From Candidatus Lustribacter sp. (GTDB taxonomy: Bacteria > Vulcanimicrobiota > Vulcanimicrobiia > Vulcanimicrobiales > Vulcanimicrobiaceae), in the NCBI GenBank assembly GCA_965277805.1, contig OZ255842.1, forward strand, positions 2,112,001-2,176,000: DNA of 64,000 nucleotides. Direction: 5' to 3'. The notes below the pieces were generated by a model. That model saw only the letters and a program-made list of their open reading frames with translations, searched no databases and was not told the DNA's origin. How positions within the stretch are numbered: position 1 is the stretch's first letter; each line of letters begins with the position of its first letter. This document shows positions 46,686 to 55,234 of this stretch, one piece after another. A program made the translations under genes and the position numbers.

Positions 46686-47873
46686 TTAGACCAGTTCCAT
46701 GAACTCGGGTGCGATCGTCCCGAGCCGCTTCGCCCCGCCGGCGGCGGTGATGATCACCGAATCACCCCAGTACACGCCGGGATTACCGTCACGCGCCACG
46801 ATCGGCTTGATAATGAACGAAGCGTTTTCCTCGAGCACCCATTGCTTCGTCTCCTCATCAGCCGTGAAAACGTACATCGGCGCATCGTCGCCGACGCCGC
46901 GTCCGTGCATCAGAAAGCGCATCGTATAGGACGTGTTTTCGACGAGCGCCTCGGTCTTTTTGGCGAGTGCTCCGAGCGTGGTGCCGGGCCGCGCGAGGTC
47001 GCTGCAAAACGCCACGGCTTCTTGCTGGACCTTCCACAACTCGCGATACACCGCGGGGACCCGGCCGAGCACCGCCGGTTGCGTGACTTGGCCGCAATAT
47101 CCGGCATGGCGGCCTTCGACTTCCACGCGAATGAAGTCGCCCGGCGCAAAACGCCGCGGCGTCGGCGGTCCCGCGGAGGTCAGCGTTTCCGGTGCCCCGG
47201 CAGCCCACATGATCATCGCCGGCACTTCGCTGCCGCGTTCGATCATTGCGTTCAGCATCGCTCCATAAACGGCGTTCTCCGTCACTCCGGGACGCGCGGT
47301 CGCTCGCATCGCCGCGATCGCCGCCTCAGCGTAAGCGACGCTCGCGCGGAGAAATTCGATTTCCTCCGGCCCCTTCGTGTAGCGAGCGACGTCGAGCAGA
47401 CGCGTGCAGTCGGAGAGCGTTGCGCCGGGAAACGCGTCGTGCAGTTTCTGATAGAAGCCGTAAGCGACGATGCCGTCGGCAAAACGCGGCACGCCCGTCA
47501 GCCCGGCGAGGCCGATGCGCGGGCGAGTGAGACCGAGTTCCCGCAGACGTGTGATGAGGCCGTCTCCGAACGCGCGACCGCTCGTGCGGATATCGGTGAT
47601 CCAGTCCTGTTGCGCGCGCCACTTCTCCGCCGAGACGTCCGGCACGACGATCGCCGTCGGTTCGCCGTCGAGCGGGAACACCGCGCCGACCTCAAACGAA
47701 TAGCCGCCGAGTCCGGTGAGATAGCGGGAGTACGCCGAGAAATGATCGTGGTGCCCCGTGTGCGGCGGAGCCACCAGAACGTCAAGTCCGTCGCGTGCCA
47801 TGAGCTCCCGCACCCGTCCCCAGCGACGATCGCGTTCGGCACCGGAAAACACCCTCGTCGCAGCACTTGCCAT
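46686..47873 (-). CDS. M24 peptidase-like protein with non-canonical ligands (paralog of 19086)
   Basis: FS.AERDRRW, RYTKG.EEI, HGRGVGDD, IIKP, WGDSV. Confidence 0.8.
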   Translation of the reverse strand: MASAATRVFSGAERDRRWGRVRELMARDGLDVLVAPPHTGHHDHFSAYSRYLTGLGGYSFEVGAVFPLDGEPTAIVVPDVSAEKWRAQQDWITDIRTSGRAFGDGLITRLRELGLTRPRIGLAGLTGVPRFADGIVAYGFYQKLHDAFPGATLSDCTRLLDVARYTKGPEEIEFLRASVAYAEAAIAAMRATARPGVTENAVYGAMLNAMIERGSEVPAMIMWAAGAPETLTSAGPPTPRRFAPGDFIRVEVEGRHAGYCGQVTQPAVLGRVPAVYRELWKVQQEAVAFCSDLARPGTTLGALAKKTEALVENTSYTMRFLMHGRGVGDDAPMYVFTADEETKQWVLEENASFIIKPIVARDGNPGVYWGDSVIITAAGGAKRLGTIAPEFMELV

Positions 47874-47964
47874 TGCGAGCGACTAGGGACAAACGGGCCG
47901 GCGACTCCTGGTTGATCCGCGGGTCCGGGTTGCTTGGCGGTGCCCGTCCCGATATTATGACCCC

Positions 47965-48663
47965 ATGCTTAACGGCGAATCGCATTTCTCGACCAAGCTC
48001 TCCGAGCAGATCCCGCCGGCGGCGGCCGACCGGCCCCCGCTGCGCACCAACGTCTACGATGCCGCATGGATGGCGAACACGTCGCTCGCCACGATGTTCC
48101 CCTACGTGCATCGCGGTTCGATCGTTCCCGGTGCGACACTCTTCATGGGCGGCGAAGGCGCGGAGTTCGGCCACTTCTTCCACGAGAACACCGAAGAGGA
48201 AGTGGCGCTCGTGATGGGCGGCCGCGGCACGATGAAACCGACCGGCACGGTTATGATCGCGCCCTTGCTTCACGGCGTGCAGGCGTTCCTCAAAGACCAG
48301 AGCGATCCGAACAACTACTTGCTGATCGTCATCACGCAGCGCCAGCCCGACGACGGCGAGCAGCGCGAACGCGTGTTCTGGCGCTGCGGCTGCAACGAGG
48401 TCCTGTTCGAATTCGCGTATGTCGCAACGCCCTCGGACACCTACGATCCGCATACGAGCGAGATGTTGCTGACGACGCGCTATTCGAGCGAAGCGGCCGA
48501 ACGGTTCAACGCCGACGTCGCGAATCGCACGTGCAAACGCTGCGGCAAAGTCGCCGACAAGTTCCCGGTCGAGGCTTGGGGCTGGACCCGCAACACGCGC
48601 GCACACGATGCCGCAGCCGAAGCGCGCAAGGCGCTGCTCGAGCGCGCGAAGGCGATGGCATGA
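47965..48663 (+). CDS. 3-hydroxyanthranilate-dioxygenase-like cupin, metal triad retained
   Basis: H-x5-E (FHENTEEE), LLHGV, WRCGC, RFNAD..NRTCKRCG. Confidence 0.7.
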   Translation: MLNGESHFSTKLSEQIPPAAADRPPLRTNVYDAAWMANTSLATMFPYVHRGSIVPGATLFMGGEGAEFGHFFHENTEEEVALVMGGRGTMKPTGTVMIAPLLHGVQAFLKDQSDPNNYLLIVITQRQPDDGEQRERVFWRCGCNEVLFEFAYVATPSDTYDPHTSEMLLTTRYSSEAAERFNADVANRTCKRCGKVADKFPVEAWGWTRNTRAHDAAAEARKALLERAKAMA

Positions 48664-49238
48664 CCGCGCCCGCAGAGACGTTCACGTTCGAACGCAAGCG
48701 ATTTCTCGATATCTTCGAGCTGCAGGCCGCTGCCGGGCCTTACGACGAGCTGCCGATCGTGCTCGCGCACATCGATCCGCAACTGCACGTGAGCCGCAAC
48801 GATCGTCCGCAGCCGTTCTATCTCATCTGCGCGAAGGACGCGATGCTCGTCGCGCTCAGCGGTGAAGCACGCGTCGAGTTCAAGGACTCCTCGGTGAACT
48901 GGCACCAGATGCTGCCGGGCGACTTCGTCTACGTTCCGGCCGGAACGCCGCACCGCATCGTTCCAAACGAACCGTCGTTGCACGTGCGCTACAAAGCCCT
49001 GCATCCCGGCCGCGAAGGCGTGGCCTGGTATTGCGAGCGTTGCGGCAGCCGGCTGCACCGCATCGAATGGGACGAGAGGACGCTTCCGCAGGAAGGCTAC
49101 GCGCAAAGCTGCCGCTGGTACGGGGAGAACCTCGCCGGTCAGCCATGCCCGACGTGCGCCCTGCCGGCACCCGAACTCGCGCTGGACGGCATCCGTTGGG
49201 ACGCGATCGCCGCCGCGCTGCGGAATCAACCTGCTTGA
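48660..49238 (+). CDS. 3-hydroxyanthranilate-dioxygenase-like cupin, metal triad degenerate
   Basis: PGDFVYVPAGTPHR, EGVAWYCERC, CPTC; start re-called at the ATGA overlap. Confidence 0.7.
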   Translation: MTAPAETFTFERKRFLDIFELQAAAGPYDELPIVLAHIDPQLHVSRNDRPQPFYLICAKDAMLVALSGEARVEFKDSSVNWHQMLPGDFVYVPAGTPHRIVPNEPSLHVRYKALHPGREGVAWYCERCGSRLHRIEWDERTLPQEGYAQSCRWYGENLAGQPCPTCALPAPELALDGIRWDAIAAALRNQPA

Positions 49239-49269
49239 CCCTGATCCGCGGGTGCGACAGCATACTGGC

Positions 49270-50463
49270 ATGATGCATGCCGTCTCGTTCCGCGCGCTCA
49301 TCGCGCTCTCGCTCCTCACGGTTCTGACCGTCTCCGCGAGCCCCGGCGCCCGGGCGCAAGACCGCGCCCCTTACGAGCTCAACGCCATCTTCGCCGTCAC
49401 CGGCCCGGCCGCGTTCATCGGCGGCCCCGCGGCCCAAGCCTTCAAAGTTATTGAGGGCTACGTAAATTCGACCGGCGGGATTCACGGCCGGCCGATTCAC
49501 ATGAACGTCCTCGACGACCAGACGAACCCGCAAGTCGCGGTGCAGCTCGTCAACGGCCTTGCTGCGAAACACGTCGCGGTCTTCATCGGACCCATGGCGA
49601 CCGCGTCATGCAACGCGGTGGTCGGCCTCATCTCGAACGGCCCGGTCGCGTATTGCGTCTCGCCGTTCATCAACCCGCCCTCAGGCGGCTTTATGTTCGT
49701 CCAAGGCGGCTCACCGATCGACGGCGGCGTCGTCACGCTGCGCTATCTCAAGGAGCGCGGATTGAAGCGCGTCGCGATGCTCGATGCAACCGACGCGACC
49801 GGACAGGCCCTCGACCGTGCAACAGAAGCGGCGTTCAGCTACCCCGAATTCCGCTCGATGCAGCTGGTCTCGCACTTGCACTTCTCACCGCAAGACGTCA
49901 GCGTCACGGCTCAGGTCTCACAGATCAAGGCCGCGAACCCGCAGGCACTAATAAGCTGGAACTTGGGAACCGCGTTCGGCACAGTCGCACACGGACTGCA
50001 CGACGCAGGCCTCGACAACTTACCGTTGGTCGTTGCCGGCGGCAACGCGAGCGCCAACCAAATCAAGGCGCTCGGCGGCTTCACGCCGACCGACATGCAC
50101 TTTCTGGTCAGCCCGCTGTGGGCGCAAGATTCGCGCGTTCCCAAAGACGTGAAGGATCAGGAAGCCCTCTTCGCGCGCGTGATGCACGACGCAAATTTGC
50201 CGAGCGACGGCGCCTACGCGAGCGACTGGGACATCACGATGGTCGTGATCGACGCGTTGCGCCACTTACCGCCCGATCCGACCGCCGAACAAATTCGCAA
50301 CTACATCTCGCACATCAGCCACTTCGTCAGCACGAACGGCACCTACGACTTCCGCTTCGGCAACCAAAGCGGCGCCGGCCAAACCATCTTCATCCTCGTC
50401 CACTGGGACCCCAAAAACAACCGCTTCAGCGCCTCCAGCCAAACCGGAGGCCACCCGCTCTAG
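49270..50463 (+). CDS. LivJ-type ABC substrate-binding protein
   Basis: Signal peptide; TGPAAFIG, VNSTGGIHGRPI; paralog of 17893. Confidence 0.88.
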   Translation: MMHAVSFRALIALSLLTVLTVSASPGARAQDRAPYELNAIFAVTGPAAFIGGPAAQAFKVIEGYVNSTGGIHGRPIHMNVLDDQTNPQVAVQLVNGLAAKHVAVFIGPMATASCNAVVGLISNGPVAYCVSPFINPPSGGFMFVQGGSPIDGGVVTLRYLKERGLKRVAMLDATDATGQALDRATEAAFSYPEFRSMQLVSHLHFSPQDVSVTAQVSQIKAANPQALISWNLGTAFGTVAHGLHDAGLDNLPLVVAGGNASANQIKALGGFTPTDMHFLVSPLWAQDSRVPKDVKDQEALFARVMHDANLPSDGAYASDWDITMVVIDALRHLPPDPTAEQIRNYISHISHFVSTNGTYDFRFGNQSGAGQTIFILVHWDPKNNRFSASSQTGGHPL

Positions 50464-52376
50464 GCACTGTCATCCCGAGCTTGTCGAGGGACCGGCCAAC
50501 CGTTATTCGCGAGAAACTTCGACGGCACGAACAGCGGCATCCCATCCTCCCACATGCTATCCGTGAGCGGCCGCTTTCCACTTCCGTCGGCATTCATCAC
50601 CCAAATCTGCCCATACGGCTGGAACGTCGCATCGTAGAGCGTCGCCTCATTCCGGAATCCATACGACCCGGTGTTATAGGCAAGCTTCCCATCCCACGTC
50701 CAAACCGCGTGCGCGTTGTTCGCGCCGCCACTCGTCAACTGCGTCAGTCCCGTCCCGTCCGGCCGTATCGTATACACGTCGAACGACGTATACGTCACCT
50801 TGCGCGTGAATGCGATCAGCTTCCCATCCGGCGACCACTGAGGCAGGTTGTCGAACTGGTTCGTCAGCTCGCGAATATTGCGGGTCTGCAGATCGAGGAT
50901 GCGCAGCCCGCCGCTGGTTTCATTCCAAACGCGAAAAACGATATACCGGCCATCGGCACTATAACTCGGAAAGCCGGCGTTGATCGAGGCATCGGTCAGC
51001 GCCTCCGCACCCGAGCCGTCGCGTCGGCAGCGCCACAACACGGCCTTGCCGGTTGCACGCGCCGTAAGAAATCCGCCGACGCCGAATGCAAGCCACTCCC
51101 CGTCGGGTGACCACGCCGGCTGAAACGCTCCCGCCTGCCCCCGCGCCAGCATTTGCGGGTCTTGCCCGTGATCGACGGGATCGTATACCTTTCGCTTCGT
51201 CGTTGAATCGTAGTTCATGAGCACGACGGACGAGTCACCGAGTTGTTTCTGCGTGATCACCATCTCGCCGTTGCGCGAGAGCGCCGGGAAGACGTCGGTA
51301 TGGCGGTATTCCCAGCCGGGATCCCAGCCGTAGAGCTTCTTGCCGAACGGTCGGACCGGATTCATGCTCTGCTTTTCGTACACGACAAGCTTGCCGTCGG
51401 GTGACCATGCTGGAGAACGCAGCTGCCGCTTCAGCGGCGCTACCGCCGCCGAACTATAGGCGAGTCCCTCATCGGGGGTGTACTTTACTTGCCACGCAAG
51501 CAGATCGGGTGCCAGCCAATGCGGTGCCAGACGCAAACCGGGGCCTTGGCTGTGCTCAAGCCGCGCGCCGGTGTCCACGTTGACCGACACAATCTGCGAG
51601 GCCACTTTGCCCGCAGCTTCGGGACGATGCGCGCCCCACGTGCCTTCGGTCGTGATCTCGTAGTACGCGATACGCGTGCCGTCCGGCGACCACGCGGGCG
51701 AACCCAAGCTGAATCCCGGCTTGGTCGCTACCTGGCGAAAGCCGCTGCCGTCGGGCCGGATCACGTAGATGCTCAGCTCTTGCGTGTTCTCCCAGCCCTT
51801 ACCGTCGTCGTGGCCGCGCCACGCGGTGTTGCGGTCACTCGAGAAGGCAATCCACGTACCGTCGGGCGACCAAGCCGGTTTGAAAAAGCCGTCAGGTTTC
51901 GTCTGATCGCCCTGCACTTGCTTCGCACCGGTCAGGTTGCGCAGCCGCCCCGTGGCGATATCCATCGTCCAGATATTTGCGCGGTAGGTGTCACGCGTCG
52001 ACACGAACGCCAGCGTCCGACCGTCGGGCGACATCGCCGCGCCGTCCTCGACGGCCGGGCTCGCCGCGAGCGGCCGCATATTCGAACCGTCGAGATCGCA
52101 GCGAAAGATATCCGCTTGCCCGTCGCCGCTACGCTCGGACGTAAACACGATGCCGCGGCCGTCGGGCGTAAAGCGCGCGTGATAGTCGAAGCCGATCGTC
52201 GGAAGCAGCTTGCGCTCGCCCGAACCGTCGGCATTCGCAATGTACAGATCGGACACCGTCGGCGCGATGCGATTCATGTACATCACGCCGAGTTTCGCCG
52301 GCTGCGCCTGCGCCGGCGCGGCTTGCATCGCCAATGCCGTCAGCGGCACGGCTGAAATAAACGTGCGACGATCCAT
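50460..52376 (-). CDS. Tat-exported TolB-like (PD40 repeat) double beta-propeller protein
   Basis: MDRRTF Tat motif; many P.WSPDG repeats; C-terminus reads through a REP. Confidence 0.85.
   Translation of the reverse strand: MDRRTFISAVPLTALAMQAAPAQAQPAKLGVMYMNRIAPTVSDLYIANADGSGERKLLPTIGFDYHARFTPDGRGIVFTSERSGDGQADIFRCDLDGSNMRPLAASPAVEDGAAMSPDGRTLAFVSTRDTYRANIWTMDIATGRLRNLTGAKQVQGDQTKPDGFFKPAWSPDGTWIAFSSDRNTAWRGHDDGKGWENTQELSIYVIRPDGSGFRQVATKPGFSLGSPAWSPDGTRIAYYEITTEGTWGAHRPEAAGKVASQIVSVNVDTGARLEHSQGPGLRLAPHWLAPDLLAWQVKYTPDEGLAYSSAAVAPLKRQLRSPAWSPDGKLVVYEKQSMNPVRPFGKKLYGWDPGWEYRHTDVFPALSRNGEMVITQKQLGDSSVVLMNYDSTTKRKVYDPVDHGQDPQMLARGQAGAFQPAWSPDGEWLAFGVGGFLTARATGKAVLWRCRRDGSGAEALTDASINAGFPSYSADGRYIVFRVWNETSGGLRILDLQTRNIRELTNQFDNLPQWSPDGKLIAFTRKVTYTSFDVYTIRPDGTGLTQLTSGGANNAHAVWTWDGKLAYNTGSYGFRNEATLYDATFQPYGQIWVMNADGSGKRPLTDSMWEDGMPLFVPSKFLANNGWPVPRQARDDSA
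50468..50494 (+). repeat. REP-like element copy 7
   Basis: TGTCATCCCGAGCTTGTCGAGGGACCG inside the 3' end of the propeller gene. Confidence 0.92.
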
Positions 52377-52484
52377 AGATCACTCCCATGTAGCCTGAGG
52401 CGGCTACGGTGACCGGCCCGTTACGCATCTCTGCGCGGCAGTCCCACCCTCACATCGAAAGTCGAATCATGCCGGTGGCGCAGC

Positions 52485-53279
52485 TTATCGCTGGGGCAAG
52501 CGCGCCTCGTAGCCCTCCCAGGGCTTATCCGGCTTTTGCTCGGTGTCGTAGGCCGCCCGTTCGGCAGCGTTGAGAACGACCAGATGCCGACTGAGCGCCA
52601 GCGCGGCCATCTCGGCGCGCGCGTCAATATCGGTATAAATCGCCCGGACGGTGGCTTCTTTCACGCTCGGCCCGACGATCGTATCGCCGTGCCCGCGCAT
52701 CAAGACGACGGGGTTTTCGCCAAGCGCACGCGCCAACGCATCGCCGGTCGCCGCATCGCGCACGAGCATCCCTTTCTCAACGCCCGGAACGTTCCGTATT
52801 TCGAAGACGGGCGTAACGTCCGGCAGAAAGCCCGCTTGTCCAATAACCGGACGAAGCGGCGTGCCGCTGATCGGCAGCGGCAACACCGCCGGATCGTGCG
52901 TGTGGATCACCGACACCACATCCGGTCGCGCCAAATAAATGCGGCAATGAATGAAGCGTTCACCATTGAGCTGCACTGCCGAACGATTGACGGTCTCGCA
53001 CGTGGCGGCATCGAGCTCGACGATGTCACCACGCTGCACATCCCCCGGCGAAATCGCGCGCGGCATGAAGAGATGCTGCGGATTCTTGACCGAACGCACC
53101 GACGCATGCCCCCGGCTATCCATGACGCCCTCGTTCGCAAGAATGTGACTCGCCGTAATGAGATCCTGAATATTCGCTTCATCCGGATCACTCGCCACCG
53201 CCTGCTGCTGAGCCGAACCAACCCGCACCATTAGCGCAAGAACCAACAAAGCAATCAAAGCAACAGAACGCAAGCGCAT
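52485..53279 (-). CDS. Class II aldolase/adducin-fold protein with signal peptide
   Basis: MRLRSVALIALLVLALMVRVGSA; ERFIH..IY.AR.DV..VIHTH; LMRGHG. Confidence 0.85.
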   Translation of the reverse strand: MRLRSVALIALLVLALMVRVGSAQQQAVASDPDEANIQDLITASHILANEGVMDSRGHASVRSVKNPQHLFMPRAISPGDVQRGDIVELDAATCETVNRSAVQLNGERFIHCRIYLARPDVVSVIHTHDPAVLPLPISGTPLRPVIGQAGFLPDVTPVFEIRNVPGVEKGMLVRDAATGDALARALGENPVVLMRGHGDTIVGPSVKEATVRAIYTDIDARAEMAALALSRHLVVLNAAERAAYDTEQKPDKPWEGYEARLPQR

Positions 53280-53285
53280 TTTTTC

Positions 53286-53398
53286 TGTCATCCCGAGCTT
53301 CACTTTTGTCATCCCGAGCTGCATCTTTGTCATCCCGAGCCGCATCTTTGTCATCCCGAGCCGCATCTTTGTCATCCCGAGCTTGTCGAGGGACCGCC
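53286..53398 (+). repeat. Tandem array of four 21-bp half-REP units followed by full REP copy 8
   Basis: TGTCATCCCGAGC starts at 53286, 53307, 53328, 53349 and 53370. Confidence 0.95.
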
Positions 53399-53423
53399 AC
53401 AATCCCTCATTACGCAAGAACCG

Positions 53424-54155
53424 TTACGAAAACGCTTTCACCAAGAGCGCAATCCCAATCACGACCATAAACACAACAAACGCAAGCCGCAACTGACGCT
53501 CCGGCAAGCGATGCGCAAGATCAACCCCGAACCGCACCGCAAACACCCCGCCAACCGCCAGCGGCACCGCGACTCCCCAATCGACATCACCCTTCGACGC
53601 ATAGGCAAACGTCGTCAACGTACCCGACAAGACTGAGAACGCAAGCGACATCCCTTGCGCCGCGACCTGCGTGTAGCCAAAGAGCATCGTCATCGCCGGA
53701 ACGGCAACGATCGCACCGCCAATCCCAAACAGCCCGGAGCAGACCCCACACACCGCGCCGACAACACCGACAAACGGCCACGGCAACACCGCCACCGTTT
53801 CCGGCGTGCGGCGAGACAACGCCCGGCGCGCGATGTCGATCGCGATCAAAATGAGAAAGACGGCGAATCCGATGCGCAGTTCGCGGCTTGCAAGCGAGGT
53901 CGCGAAGAGCGCGCTCGCATACGTAAACGGCAGCGCGGTCACCCCAAGCAGCGCCGCCGCCCGCACATCGAGACCGACCTTCTGCGCATACCCCACCAAC
54001 GCGATGATGACATTCGGCATCGCCATGACGAGCGCCGTGCCTTGCGCGAGCTGCTCCGTTAAGCCAAAGACGATCCCGAGCGCCGGGATTGCGAGCGTCG
54101 CCCCGCCGATACCGAAGAGGCCGCCCAAAAAGCCGCAGAGTCCGCCGAGCACCAC
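53424..54155 (-). CDS. TauE/SafE-family membrane protein
   Basis: Two GLFGIGG repeats, AQGT/MSL, 8 TM. Confidence 0.9.
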   Translation of the reverse strand: MVLGGLCGFLGGLFGIGGATLAIPALGIVFGLTEQLAQGTALVMAMPNVIIALVGYAQKVGLDVRAAALLGVTALPFTYASALFATSLASRELRIGFAVFLILIAIDIARRALSRRTPETVAVLPWPFVGVVGAVCGVCSGLFGIGGAIVAVPAMTMLFGYTQVAAQGMSLAFSVLSGTLTTFAYASKGDVDWGVAVPLAVGGVFAVRFGVDLAHRLPERQLRLAFVVFMVVIGIALLVKAFS

Positions 54156-54198
54156 GAACTCGGCGGCTCGCGCAACCGCGATCAGGAGGAAGGTTCCG

Positions 54199-55161
54199 TT
54201 AGCGACTCATCGCGGCAAAGAAGTCGGCTTTGGCACGCGGGACTTCCGTTTGCCAAAACTGTTTCATGTCGTCCGGAATCGGAACGCCGTTGGGGAAATG
54301 CGTGAGCGGCTGCCACGATGTCTTGTTGTCGAGATCGTCGAGACACGTGGCGAGTTCCGCCTGCATGCGCTCGGGCGGGAAACCGATGCTTCCGCCATGT
54401 CCGGCTAAGAGAAAATTGAAGCGGAAATCCTGGAGCCGGCGCAGCGACCGGCGCTGCATGTCCCAATCATCCCAGCAGCGCAACGGATTCGTCCACAACT
54501 TCTTCTCGTCGATCAGCCAGTTCAGCGAATCGCCGACGAACAACCGCTCGTCGATGAGAAACGCGACGCTGCCGATCGTATGCCCGGGAATCGGAATGAT
54601 CGTCACGCCCGGAATCGGTTCCGTGATGTCATAGCCGGTCAGGATGTCGGTCGCCTCGGGCGAGGCTTCGCGATCGTTCTCATGGATCCACAACCGCGCG
54701 CCGAACTTCTGGGCGTACTTCGCCGACGCGCCGACGTCATCGCGATGCGTCAAGAGCACGTGATCGAGCCCGCCCTGCTGCTCGAAAAACTCGACCAGCT
54801 TGCCGACGTAGCGCGGCCCGTCGATCAAGATGTTCAAACCGGTGCTCGTGCGGATGAAAAACGGATGCGCACCGGCGGTCGCGTTATCGTTATAGCCGAG
54901 CCGGTAGAGATTGGGCGCGAGCTCCTGCGGAAAAACGTGGTCGGGCATCGGCAGGCCGTGCGGCGCCAAGATCGAGCCGGTCGGACACGCGAGCGCCGCG
55001 CGCCAGACTTGCATCTCTTCGTCCGGCGTTTCCGGTTGCCGCACGAAGATTGCTTTGCCGTCCTTGCCGGCAGCGATCATCCCCGGGGCCATATTCCAAG
55101 CCGCCCGGCAAATACGGCATGTGGGCGTGGTTGTCCAGACCGTGCGATCGATTGTTTCCAT
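54199..55161 (-). CDS. Ferredoxin-like N-terminus + metallo-beta-lactamase-fold hydrolase
   Basis: CRIC...AP...CPTGSI; LTHRDDV, PGHT.GS, GDS, AGHG. Confidence 0.88.
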   Translation of the reverse strand: METIDRTVWTTTPTCRICRAAWNMAPGMIAAGKDGKAIFVRQPETPDEEMQVWRAALACPTGSILAPHGLPMPDHVFPQELAPNLYRLGYNDNATAGAHPFFIRTSTGLNILIDGPRYVGKLVEFFEQQGGLDHVLLTHRDDVGASAKYAQKFGARLWIHENDREASPEATDILTGYDITEPIPGVTIIPIPGHTIGSVAFLIDERLFVGDSLNWLIDEKKLWTNPLRCWDDWDMQRRSLRRLQDFRFNFLLAGHGGSIGFPPERMQAELATCLDDLDNKTSWQPLTHFPNGVPIPDDMKQFWQTEVPRAKADFFAAMSR

Positions 55162-55202
55162 AGTCGTCCTCCCCCGAACTCTGTTCGGCCGCCGGTACAA
55201 AG

Positions 55203-55217
55203 GTTCATTGCATGAAC
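55203..55217. promoter_or_regulatory. Palindrome in divergent spacer
   Basis: GTTCAT-TGC-ATGAAC. Confidence 0.45.
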
Positions 55218-55234
55218 GGCGTAATCGGGAATCC

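Noticed and set aside
32720-46913. Active integrative element with attL/attR
   Set aside because: No integrase, tRNA or conjugation genes, and the repeats have diverged; kept only as a possible scar
53286-53398. CRISPR array
   Set aside because: Repeat is only 13 bp, the 8-bp spacers are near-identical, and there are no cas genes; it is a REP-derived tandem repeat
53188-53417. ORF with DDKDAAR repeats and the MTKMRLG N-terminal extension as real proteins
   Set aside because: Both are translations of the tandem array; the aldolase signal peptide starts cleanly at 53279
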